Shown here in pieces: positions 8,712 through 17,239 of a stretch of 58,683 nucleotides of DNA. How positions within the stretch are numbered: position 1 is the first letter of the stretch; each line of letters opens with the position of its first letter. The notes under the pieces were generated by a model. That model made no database searches. It worked only from the letters and a program-made list of their open reading frames with translations, and was not told the origin of the DNA. The stretch is taken from assembly GCA_964599275.1 (NCBI GenBank), contig CAZRFK010000001.1, positions 38,277-96,959 on the forward strand, read 5' to 3'. Source of the DNA: an uncultured Clostridia bacterium (GTDB lineage Bacteria; Bacillota; Sulfobacillia; SLMV01). The position numbers and the translations under genes were made by a program.

Positions 8712-9460
8712 TACTCATCCTCCTCAGGAGCACGGAATTCACCGAGAGGGTAGTAAGGAATCATCTTTTCCTCCACCCATTGGAGAGACTCCCTGGGAGT
8801 CATTCCCCAGTTTGTAGGACAGTTTGACAGCACTTCAACCATAGAGAATCCTTGGCCTTCTTGCTGAACTTCAAAGGCCTTTTTGATCGATTGTTTGGTT
8901 TTTTGGATATGTTGAGGGTCGTGACAAGATACCCGTGTCAAATATGCTGCCCCTGGCAGAGTTTCCAGCATCTCACACACCTTAATTGGTTGACCAGAAT
9001 GTTTAGTATCACGGCCGTAAGGAGATGTGGTTGTTTTCTGCTCGGCAAGAGTAGTCGGCGCCATTTGACCTCCGGTCATTCCGTAAATGGCATTGTTTAT
9101 GAAGATTACAGTGATATTTTCTCCCCGCATGGCTGCGTGTACTATTTCTGCTGTACCGATTGAAGCAAGATCACCGTCACCCTGGTAGGCAAATACTGCA
9201 GCATCAGGGTGAACTCTTTTGATACCGGTGGCGACAGCTGGAGCACGTCCGTGAGCAGCCTGCTGAAAGTCGACATCAAAATAATCGTATGCCAAAACTG
9301 CGCATCCTACAGGCGCAACCCCGACTGCCTCCTGCTGAAGATCAAGCTCATCTATGACTTCAGCAACAATGCGGTGAACTATACCATGTACACAACCGGG
9401 GCAGTAGTGTGTTTGTACATCCGTCAATGATTCAGGTCGGACAAAAGCAGCTTTCATCAT
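8711..9460 (-). CDS. 2-oxoacid:ferredoxin oxidoreductase, beta (TPP-binding) subunit
   Basis: HYCPGCVHG cysteine motif. GDGDLASIG TPP-binding motif. There is an ATGA overlap with the alpha subunit stop. Confidence 0.9.
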   Translation of the reverse strand: MMKAAFVRPESLTDVQTHYCPGCVHGIVHRIVAEVIDELDLQQEAVGVAPVGCAVLAYDYFDVDFQQAAHGRAPAVATGIKRVHPDAAVFAYQGDGDLASIGTAEIVHAAMRGENITVIFINNAIYGMTGGQMAPTTLAEQKTTTSPYGRDTKHSGQPIKVCEMLETLPGAAYLTRVSCHDPQHIQKTKQSIKKAFEVQQEGQGFSMVEVLSNCPTNWGMTPRESLQWVEEKMIPYYPLGEFRAPEEDE

Positions 9461-10533
9461 TGACCACCTACTTTTTCCATCAATTTCTTCATATTTTCTG
9501 CAACGTCCTGATAATCCGGCATGACTCCACCAGTGGTACCGTAAAACCCCACTGGAACAGCCCCTTCAACAGCTAGTCGAACATCCTCAACCATCTGCCC
9601 AGTGCTCATTTCCACCACCAAATATCCTTTGCACTGTTCATTCAAACGGTCAAAGGCTTCATCTGGGAAAGGCCACAATGTTATAGGCCGGACCATACCT
9701 ACCCGGTAGCCTTCCTCGCGGAGCTGCTCGATTGCTTTGCGCGTGATACGGGCAGTTGTTCCGTAAGAAACAAACATAAACTCTGCATCGTCATCATGCA
9801 GTGTTTCCCAGCGGGTCTCATTCTCCTCAATCTCTGCATATTTGTCGGCCAATTTCATGTTGTGGTCATAGCAATCCTCAGCATCAAGATACAGTGAATT
9901 AATCAGGTTCTGTTTTTCTCTACCTCTTTTACCGGTCGACGCCCACTCCTTCTCGGGAAGTTCATCGATATCCCTCATTTCGGGGTAAGCCACCGGTTCC
10001 ATCATCTGTCCCATGACTCCATCGCCGACGATCATGACTGGATTGCGATAGCGATCCGCTATATCAAATGCCTCATATGTCAGATCAACCAGCTCCTGTA
10101 AATTGGACGGGCCTAGCACCACCAGACGGTAGTCACCATGTCCCCCACCCTTTGTAGATTGAAAATAGTCCGATTGAGCCGGCTGAATTGTTCCCAATCC
10201 AGGTCCACCGCGAATCATATTCACAATCACACAAGGAACTTCTGCCCCTGCAATGTACGATATCCCCTCCTGTTTGAGACTAATGCCAGGACTGGAGGAC
10301 GAAGTCATAACACGAGCCCCGGCTCCACCTGCTCCAAAAACCATGTTTATGGCAGATACTTCACTTTCCGCCTGCAAAAATACTCCATCCACCTCTGGCA
10401 TCCTGGCAGACATGTATTCAGGAAGCTCATTTTGCGGAGTTATTGGATAACCAAAAAAATGCCTACACCCCGCTCGAATGGCAGATTCGGCAACTGCTTC
10501 ATTACCCTTGACTAATTCAAGATTATTGCTCAC
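9457..10533 (-). CDS. 2-oxoacid:ferredoxin oxidoreductase, alpha subunit
   Basis: GNEAVAESAIRAGCRHFFGYPITPQNE is typical of the OFOR alpha N-terminus. Confidence 0.9.
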   Translation of the reverse strand: MSNNLELVKGNEAVAESAIRAGCRHFFGYPITPQNELPEYMSARMPEVDGVFLQAESEVSAINMVFGAGGAGARVMTSSSSPGISLKQEGISYIAGAEVPCVIVNMIRGGPGLGTIQPAQSDYFQSTKGGGHGDYRLVVLGPSNLQELVDLTYEAFDIADRYRNPVMIVGDGVMGQMMEPVAYPEMRDIDELPEKEWASTGKRGREKQNLINSLYLDAEDCYDHNMKLADKYAEIEENETRWETLHDDDAEFMFVSYGTTARITRKAIEQLREEGYRVGMVRPITLWPFPDEAFDRLNEQCKGYLVVEMSTGQMVEDVRLAVEGAVPVGFYGTTGGVMPDYQDVAENMKKLMEKVGGQ

Positions 10534-10556
10534 AAAAGGTCCCTCCCAACTAGGTG

Positions 10557-10784
10557 TCAGTTCTGCTTACTCTTTTCGGGGCGATATATTTCTATGGCTG
10601 CATCTGGACACGTCATCGCACAAAATCGACAGCTTATACATTCATCGTCATCCTCGATCTGAACAATACGATAACCGGAGGTGTTGAGCTTGTCCGACAT
10701 GAACAAGATTTCCCGCGGACAAGCATCAGCACACAATCCGCAACCTTTGCAGAGTTCTTCATCTATGACCCATCTTCGGCCCAC
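10557..10784 (-). CDS. 2-oxoacid:ferredoxin oxidoreductase, delta subunit (2x[4Fe-4S] ferredoxin)
   Basis: Two Cys clusters are present: [12 protein letters not shown] and [12 protein letters not shown]. Confidence 0.85.
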   Translation of the reverse strand: MGRRWVIDEELCKGCGLCADACPREILFMSDKLNTSGYRIVQIEDDDECISCRFCAMTCPDAAIEIYRPEKSKQN

Positions 10785-10824
10785 AGGTGGACCTCCCTTC
10801 AGTTCTGTGTTGAGGATTCAATGT

Positions 10825-11544
10825 TTATTGCCAATCTAACAGCATTCGCCGCTGAATTATAACCGGTTCCAGGCCCTGCTCCTGAATACTTCGTCTCAGC
10901 TTGGGTGGAACCTCTCCATCTGGCGCCAAATGCCCACTGACTCCTACGCCAACAATTGGTAGATCCAGAGATTCTGATGCCTTCTGTATGATATTCAATC
11001 CACCCAGGATGGATTGTTGATCAGTAGATTCCCCCACATTAGCATTTGCAAATATTCCGTCGAGCTGGAGTCGCCCTGCTCCCTGCAAAACCTCCGCCTG
11101 TTTTTCAATGGCCTCTACAGTGTTGCTGCGCGGGCGACAACTGTTGACAACGAAGATGCATTTGGCCTCGGGCAGCTCTGTAATTCTTCTCAACCCCCCG
11201 AGAACTCTTGTTCCAGCTTCACCGCCACCAGCATCTACTACGCAGCGCTCTGCCCCTCGAACTGATTGTATAATGGCCGGAGGCAGGACTGGCAGTTCTA
11301 TCCCCTGAGAAAAAGCCGACGGGTAAAGCACTTCAACTCCAGCTTCGGTGAGCGTCTCCTGACGCTGGCGGGACCGAAAATATGGGGTTACTACATCAAG
11401 ATCTACCAGTAAGGTATCCTGGTGGTCCCGGCAGGACCAGCGGAGAGCAAGAGTCACCGCAAGTTCTGTCTTGCCGCTTCCGTACTCTCCCACCAAAACC
11501 ACCGGACTGTACGCTAACAATTCTTCACATCTGTTCTGACTCAT
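10825..11544 (-). CDS. Uncharacterised P-loop NTPase (SIMIBI/MinD-GPN-like by motif order)
   Basis: Walker A VLVGEYGSGKTELAV, then LLVDLDVV, then VVDAGGGEAG (Walker B-like). It lies 3 nt downstream of the leucine dehydrogenase gene and 40 nt upstream of the ferredoxin subunit gene. Confidence 0.6.
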   Translation of the reverse strand: MSQNRCEELLAYSPVVLVGEYGSGKTELAVTLALRWSCRDHQDTLLVDLDVVTPYFRSRQRQETLTEAGVEVLYPSAFSQGIELPVLPPAIIQSVRGAERCVVDAGGGEAGTRVLGGLRRITELPEAKCIFVVNSCRPRSNTVEAIEKQAEVLQGAGRLQLDGIFANANVGESTDQQSILGGLNIIQKASESLDLPIVGVGVSGHLAPDGEVPPKLRRSIQEQGLEPVIIQRRMLLDWQ

Positions 11545-11547
11545 AAC

Positions 11548-12609
11548 TCAAACCCGTATTCTTTTCACCTGGGCGATTTTCTCGATTCTGGCCTTAGCAA
11601 CGGCATCGGCAGCTTCGTTTGTAGGAATACCTTCCTCTTCACTGGTGTGAAAGACTTCAAGCAGCCGATCATATATTTGCTCAACTTTTCTCAGGGCCAG
11701 TTCTTTTTTGTAGCCACCGGGATAAAATTCATGAGCTACATTGATTACTCCTCCGCCATTAATTACGTAATCAGGAGCATAAAGGATGCCTCGTTCACGG
11801 AGCTGTTCTCCATGGATATCCTCAGCAAGCTGATTATTAGCCGCACCTGCAACAATACTGCACTTCAATTCATCGATTGTATCATCATTGATGATTGCTC
11901 CAAGAGCACATGGAGCGAAAACATCACAATCGACTCCATAAATATCATCTGGGTTGACCTCTTCTGCATTAAACTTCTCAACTACTTCTTCTACTCTCTC
12001 TGGGTAAATGTCAGAAACTAAAAGGTTGGCCCCTTCTTCATGTAGATACTCACAGAGGGCATATCCAACACTACCAATTCCCTGAACCGCAACAGTGATT
12101 CCCTCAAGATCATCAGAATCAAACATCCACTGGCAACAGGCTTTAATTCCTACATAAGTACCATAAGCTGTTACAGGTGAAGGATCTCCAGATTTGTGCA
12201 TCAGACCACACACGTGCTCTGTTTCTTCTGCCACGAAATCCATATCTTCGGGAGCAGTTCCAACATCCTCAGCAGTTATGTAACGCCCACCCAGGCTGTC
12301 CACAAATCTACCAAAAGCCCTCCACAATTCTTCGCTTTTATCTTTTTGCGGATCGCCGATAATTACCGCTTTTCCGCCGCCCAGGTTCAATCCCATGGCA
12401 GAACTTTTGTAAGTCATACCTTTTGATAAACGTAGAACATCCACCAAAGCTTCTTCTTCTGAATCATAATCCCACATTCTAGTGCCACCCAAGCTGGGGC
12501 CTAAAGTTGTATCATGAATGGCTATAATTGCCTTCAATCCTGAGTTTTCGTCATGACAAAATACTACCTGTTCATGCCCCATTTCTTCTACTAACTCGAA
12601 AACTTCCAT
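11548..12609 (-). CDS. Leucine (branched-chain amino acid) dehydrogenase, canonical paralogue
   Basis: Glu/Leu/Phe/Val dehydrogenase signature [18 protein letters not shown] motif [17 protein letters not shown] is also present. Confidence 0.85.
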   Translation of the reverse strand: MEVFELVEEMGHEQVVFCHDENSGLKAIIAIHDTTLGPSLGGTRMWDYDSEEEALVDVLRLSKGMTYKSSAMGLNLGGGKAVIIGDPQKDKSEELWRAFGRFVDSLGGRYITAEDVGTAPEDMDFVAEETEHVCGLMHKSGDPSPVTAYGTYVGIKACCQWMFDSDDLEGITVAVQGIGSVGYALCEYLHEEGANLLVSDIYPERVEEVVEKFNAEEVNPDDIYGVDCDVFAPCALGAIINDDTIDELKCSIVAGAANNQLAEDIHGEQLRERGILYAPDYVINGGGVINVAHEFYPGGYKKELALRKVEQIYDRLLEVFHTSEEEGIPTNEAADAVAKARIEKIAQVKRIRV

Positions 12610-12640
12610 TATAGTTTTACACTCCTTTCAGGTTTATCTA

Positions 12641-13711
12641 TCAGTTCGGAAGATATATTCGGTTAACTTCTGCTAATTTTTCGATGCGCTCCCAGACCAT
12701 TTTATCGGCAGCAACGAACGGGGGAACGTCGTCCTGTTCCGCTCGAGAAAAACATTCCAGAAGCAGATCATAAAGGCCGGCTGTTTTACGCATCACACGA
12801 TCACGGTTGAATCCTTGCATTTCATCAGCCACCTGAAGTAATCCTCCGGCATTTATTATGTAATCTGGCGCATAAAGGACGCCACGTCGGTGCAGTTGTC
12901 GGCCTACCTGTTCGTCAGCCAGCTGATTATTGGCTGCTCCTGCTATAACCTTGCACTGCAGTCGATCAATAGTGTCTTCGTTTAATATTCCACCCATCGC
13001 GCAGGGTGCAAAAATGTCACAGTCAACGTCGTATATCTCTTCTGGAGCAACTACCTGAACATCATATTCTTCTTTCACGGCAGAGATCTGCTGTTCATCC
13101 ACATCAGTTACATATACATCGCATCCTGCTTCTATCAGGTGATCCACCAGCACTGAACCTACTTTTCCCACGCCCTGTACAGCAACCGTCTTTCCATTCA
13201 GATCGTCGGTGCCCCATACATGAGCAGCGGTAGCTCGAATACCATGGAATACTCCATAAGCAGTAGTTATAGATGTATTACCGCTCCCACCCGCATACTC
13301 AGGTAGACCTACAAGCCATTTTGTTTCCTGACCGGCAACTACAAAGTCCTCATATTCAGTCCCCAGATCTGTTCCCGTGACAAAACGCCCGCGCATTCCG
13401 TCAATAAAGCGACCAAAAGCTCTCAGTAAAGCTTCATCTTTATCTTCATCAGGATCACCCCATATTACTGCCTTACCTCCACCGTGATTGCACTGTGTAA
13501 CAGCTGATTTGGCAGTCATTCCCAGGGATAACCTGAGAACATCTTCGAGGGCCTCTTCTTCAGTGGGATAATCATACATTCGGCAACCACCCAACGCAGA
13601 GCCCAGGGTGGTATCATGCAGGGCTACAAAAGCCTTTAATCCACTCTCTTCATCATGAAAGAAAGTCACTTGCTCGTGACCATCTCTGGCCATCTTATCA
13701 AAAACACCCAT
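12641..13711 (-). CDS. Leu/Phe/Val-type amino acid dehydrogenase, diverged paralogue
   Basis: The fold and order match the downstream paralogue (GGGKAVIWGDP, VAVQGVGKVG, GAANNQL). The loop before the catalytic Lys reads TQCNHGGGK. The ATG at 13711 (MGVFDKM) is preceded by GAGGGAGGA, so I prefer it to the track start at 13747. Confidence 0.85.
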   Translation of the reverse strand: MGVFDKMARDGHEQVTFFHDEESGLKAFVALHDTTLGSALGGCRMYDYPTEEEALEDVLRLSLGMTAKSAVTQCNHGGGKAVIWGDPDEDKDEALLRAFGRFIDGMRGRFVTGTDLGTEYEDFVVAGQETKWLVGLPEYAGGSGNTSITTAYGVFHGIRATAAHVWGTDDLNGKTVAVQGVGKVGSVLVDHLIEAGCDVYVTDVDEQQISAVKEEYDVQVVAPEEIYDVDCDIFAPCAMGGILNEDTIDRLQCKVIAGAANNQLADEQVGRQLHRRGVLYAPDYIINAGGLLQVADEMQGFNRDRVMRKTAGLYDLLLECFSRAEQDDVPPFVAADKMVWERIEKLAEVNRIYLPN

Positions 13712-13739
13712 ACAATATCCTCCCTCATTCAACAATATT

Positions 13740-13778
13740 CTGATCAATCTGCTCTGTTCAGCACAAGCAGGTGATCAG
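13740..13778 (-). promoter_or_regulatory. Two-part hairpin in the 5' leader of the amino-acid dehydrogenase genes
   Basis: CTGATCA..CTGCT-loop-AGCAG..TGATCAG (7 + 5 bp). It lies 29 nt upstream of the ATG at 13711 and has no U tract. Confidence 0.3.
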
Positions 13779-13872
13779 TCGGCGTACAAAAACCACTTTC
13801 TATTAGCTAAATTCGTTATATAACGGTGAAATCCTTCCAAAGATTTAAAACTTGTGATTGTAGTAACGAACG

Positions 13873-14541
13873 TCAATCTACCATTTGTTCAATCCGCTGT
13901 ATTAGTCGTATCTGACCACTAGGATAAGCCACCCCCTCAATTATAACATCATACTCCGACTCATGCAGGATATTATCATTCCAAATAGCAATTAACGGGG
14001 GTTCATCTGCTAGGTCAATCAACTGCTCCCTGATCACATCTACACATTCATCAGAAGTAAGCAGCATCATTATTAAATGGTGACTGTGCTTTTCTGAAAA
14101 ACCATCAAGTATAATGTTCAGTGTATTGTACCTCTGACTTTCTTCCGGTAAAGTGAATGGACTGATCTTAACTTCAGCTCCTGCAGCATTTAGCATCTTT
14201 CTGATCTGTTGTTGAGCAGTGTTTTGATCATGGGCATCCTCGTTTTCACAAAACATCATTGTGATCTTAAATTCAGAAAGGCTACCACAAACCAGAGAGG
14301 GAATCAGTTTCTGCAGGCTCTGGGTTCTGATTTCCCGAAAGTTTTTCTGTTCGTCGATGCGGGTCTGTAACTGCGTTGTTTCCTGCTTAAGTGAAGAAAT
14401 ACTTTCTTCTATATCAGCCAATATTGCTTCCTGGCCAACCTGTACCACCTCAGCACCTGGCAGGTGTATCCCCATCAACAGGCCTACACCTAACGCCACA
14501 AAAATGGAAACTATCGAAAGTAGATAAAATCGGCCATCCAT
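13873..14541 (-). CDS. Single-pass membrane protein, MctB/DUF3186-like architecture (tentative)
   Basis: It has an N-terminal TM segment (YLLSIVSIFVALGVGLLMG), a coiled-coil-like stretch and a C-terminal globular part. The ATG at 14541 is preceded by GGAGGTGGAAGG. The family call is from memory only. Confidence 0.4.
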   Translation of the reverse strand: MDGRFYLLSIVSIFVALGVGLLMGIHLPGAEVVQVGQEAILADIEESISSLKQETTQLQTRIDEQKNFREIRTQSLQKLIPSLVCGSLSEFKITMMFCENEDAHDQNTAQQQIRKMLNAAGAEVKISPFTLPEESQRYNTLNIILDGFSEKHSHHLIMMLLTSDECVDVIREQLIDLADEPPLIAIWNDNILHESEYDVIIEGVAYPSGQIRLIQRIEQMVD

Positions 14542-14595
14542 ACCTTCCACCTCCGGGGTTAGTTTTGACACTGCGAGGTGGAATCATCCATGTGT

Positions 14596-14635
14596 AAAAA
14601 ATGACGCAACCGCTAGTTTTTCAGACGATTGCGCC
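14596..14635 (-). terminator. Intrinsic terminator after spo0A
   Basis: Minus strand: GGCGCAATCG-13 nt loop-CGGTTGCGTC (10 bp including 2 GU) followed by ATTTTTTAC. Confidence 0.65.
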
Positions 14636-14661
14636 ACAATCAAATTTATTTAGATAATAAC

Positions 14662-15540
14662 TCAAAACTGATTGGCAGCCTCTTTGCGTTTTCTCAATTT
14701 CATACGGACTCGATCTGCAATTAAAGCAATGAATTCAGAGTTTGTGGGTTTGCCTCGCCGAGAGTCAACAGTGTACCCGAAATAGCGGGCCATGACATCT
14801 GTATTTCCTCTATTCCATGCTACCTCTATGGCATGCCGAATTGCTCTCTCCACACGTGATGCTGTGGTATCATACTCATCTGCTACTGCCGGATATAACT
14901 CTTTGGTTACCGCCTCCATCATATCTACATTTTCTACTACCATGGAGATGGCTGTTCTGATATAGCGGTAGCCTTTTATGTTAGCCGGAATACCCACAGA
15001 TTGAATAATCGAAGTAATCTCACTGACTGGATCGAACACCGCGCTGTTTTCCTCCTGACCTGAATTTGCCCCTGTCCTGGTTGAGAAGTTCTTCTTGACG
15101 GCAGGGGACGAAGCCTGCTCTATCTCATCACCTCTCACAATTTCTATAATACGCTTGGCCAATAGGTTAAGATCAAAAGGCTTTAGAATGAAGTAATCTG
15201 CTCCCAACTCAAAAGCCCGGCGGGTGATTTGCTCCTGTCCAAAGGCGGTCAGGACCAATACTCTTGGCTTGGAGCTGAAGTTGCGTTTTTTCATACGCTC
15301 CAGCACACCAATCCCGTCCAGGCGAGGCATAACAATATCCAGCAGAATAATATCGGGAGCCTCATCCTCCAGTTCATGCATCAATTCTCTGCCGTCATGT
15401 ACAGTTCCAATCAAATTGAGATCTTCTTGCTGCCGGATAAATTGTCCTACCAGCTGACAGAGTTCCTCATTATCATCGGCTATCAATACATCTATCGCTG
15501 ATTTATGAGTGCTTTCCTCCACAATATCGTCCTCTCCCAT
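14662..15540 (-). CDS. spo0A: Sporulation master regulator Spo0A
   Basis: The receiver domain has VLIADDNEE and DIILLDIVMPRLDG. The Spo0A-specific C-terminal domain has KGYRYIRTAISMVV, VTKELYPAVADEYDTTASRVERAIRHAIEVAW and KPTNSEFIALIAD. Confidence 0.95.
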   Translation of the reverse strand: MGEDDIVEESTHKSAIDVLIADDNEELCQLVGQFIRQQEDLNLIGTVHDGRELMHELEDEAPDIILLDIVMPRLDGIGVLERMKKRNFSSKPRVLVLTAFGQEQITRRAFELGADYFILKPFDLNLLAKRIIEIVRGDEIEQASSPAVKKNFSTRTGANSGQEENSAVFDPVSEITSIIQSVGIPANIKGYRYIRTAISMVVENVDMMEAVTKELYPAVADEYDTTASRVERAIRHAIEVAWNRGNTDVMARYFGYTVDSRRGKPTNSEFIALIADRVRMKLRKRKEAANQF

Positions 15541-15582
15541 GATTTGCCCCGGTGATGATTTAATAAATACTGTAGTATCGAT

Positions 15583-15610
15583 GTTCTCCGAATTAGACCG
15601 TCAATCCTGC
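15583..15610 (-). promoter_or_regulatory. Sigma-H-like promoter candidate upstream of spo0A
   Basis: Minus strand: GCAGGATTG-12 nt-GGAGAAC, compared with the consensus RnAGGAwww-11/12-RnnGAAT. There is one mismatch in the -10 element. Confidence 0.3.
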
Positions 15611-15644
15611 TCAATTATCAGCGCAAGATTCTACATTTTTCGCC

Positions 15645-17012
15645 TCACCACTCGCGAAAAGCGGCGATTCCTATTAGATGGGACCTTCTGGCAGATGCGT
15701 TTTTTGAGCTAAGCAAACCCATTTCGCATGCTAACCACTCTGCATATATTCCGTATCCTCTTTTTGGATCACTCATGAGAACATGCGTTACGGCACCAAC
15801 AAGTTTTCCATTCTGAATCAACGGACTTCCGCTCATGCCCTGTACAATTCCACCGGTTTTATCCAGAAGATCTGAATCAGTTATCCGCAATACCATTCCC
15901 TTTTGATCTGGGGTATTCTGGCGGCGAGTTTCCTCAATCTGTACATCAAATTTTCGAACTTCTTCTCCCTCAATAACTGTTATCATTTCTGCAGGCCCAG
16001 CTTCGACTTGATGCTGAAATGCTACAGGTAGGGGTTCTGAGAAATGATGCTCGGAGGGCATGTTCCAAAGATGTCCCACTACTCCGAACGGCGTGTTGGC
16101 GTCTACATTTCCCATGGCCTCATCTGGTGACGAAAAAACACCTATTTTCTCCCCTGGCTTACCTCTATCAGCAGTGCTTATATCAGTGACATCTGCAGAT
16201 ACTATATATCCCTTCCGCACTGGTATGGGTATCCGTACCTGAGGTTCTATTATTTGATGTCCCAGTGCCAGATAATGCCGGGTATCATGGTCGTAAGCAG
16301 TCAACGTCCCAACTCCAGCAGTGCCATCTTTAACCCACAATCCAATGCGATAAGATTCTTCATTAACATCAAACCTGGGACTTAAAGGAACTTCGAGGGT
16401 GTCATCATTCCTCCCCACTGTCATAATTAACAACTCATCCTCATTGTTATTAATAATTTCGGCCAGGTGCTCCTTACCCTCAACAGGAGTCTCATTGACA
16501 GCCAGGATTAAGTCACCAGCCCGCATTCCCGCTTCTCGTGCAGGATAAACATCTCCCGAATCAGTTATCACTGCTGTAGGCTCAATGACCAGCACTCCGG
16601 CAGATTCCAAAAGGACTCCAATTGATTGTCCACCAGGCATAACCTCCACCGGAGTCACTGCTTCGACTGCAACATTTCTAAATGGCAGAATCCCCAGTAA
16701 CCGTATTTCCAGATGCCCAGCACCTGGTTCAGCAGCAGAAACTGTTAAATCAGAAGTATGAAAAATCTGTTTAGCTTCTCCCAGGCTTCTTCCATTAATC
16801 ATCACATTAAAATCATCAATCTCTCTCCTGTGAACAGAAAGATATATAGGAAGGTCTGTCAAAAGTTCCTTACCATAATCTTCTCCCGGAACAATTTGAA
16901 TGTGCTCAGGCATAGAGACAAGAGATTGATAAGCCTCAGAACTGCAGAGCAACATAATGACAAAGATCATCAGAATTCCAATGTATTTTCGACGATTGAG
17001 TTCAAAACCCAT
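15645..17012 (-). CDS. spoIVB: SpoIVB peptidase (S55 family, PDZ-containing signalling protease)
   Basis: N-terminal TM segment. PDZ-like AGMRAGDLILAVNE. S55 motifs GVGTLTAYDHDTRHYLALGH and GMSGSPLIQNGKLVGAVTHV. Confidence 0.9.
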   Translation of the reverse strand: MGFELNRRKYIGILMIFVIMLLCSSEAYQSLVSMPEHIQIVPGEDYGKELLTDLPIYLSVHRREIDDFNVMINGRSLGEAKQIFHTSDLTVSAAEPGAGHLEIRLLGILPFRNVAVEAVTPVEVMPGGQSIGVLLESAGVLVIEPTAVITDSGDVYPAREAGMRAGDLILAVNETPVEGKEHLAEIINNNEDELLIMTVGRNDDTLEVPLSPRFDVNEESYRIGLWVKDGTAGVGTLTAYDHDTRHYLALGHQIIEPQVRIPIPVRKGYIVSADVTDISTADRGKPGEKIGVFSSPDEAMGNVDANTPFGVVGHLWNMPSEHHFSEPLPVAFQHQVEAGPAEMITVIEGEEVRKFDVQIEETRRQNTPDQKGMVLRITDSDLLDKTGGIVQGMSGSPLIQNGKLVGAVTHVLMSDPKRGYGIYAEWLACEMGLLSSKNASARRSHLIGIAAFREW

Positions 17013-17144
17013 ATCTTTGCTCCTTCCCTGCTTATGCTTTACAATTCACTGTCGGTTGCGCAGGGTTTAGATTCTTCAAAGACGCGGGAAGCTATGTTTC
17101 AAAATGTTTGACAGATCCGTAGATTTAGACCGTAAACGTCGGGC

Positions 17145-17173
17145 TTGTACAGTGATAAACATTGCCATATGAT
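17145..17173 (+). promoter_or_regulatory. Candidate sigma-A promoter for gltX (TTGTAC-17-TATGAT)
   Basis: Hexamers at 17145-17150 and 17168-17173 with a 17-nt spacer. Confidence 0.3.
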
Positions 17174-17239
17174 AAAAGTTGTTAGTCTTGCGTTTGGACA
17201 TAAATTTAATTTTCGTAAATGAATGGGGGAATTTTTGCT

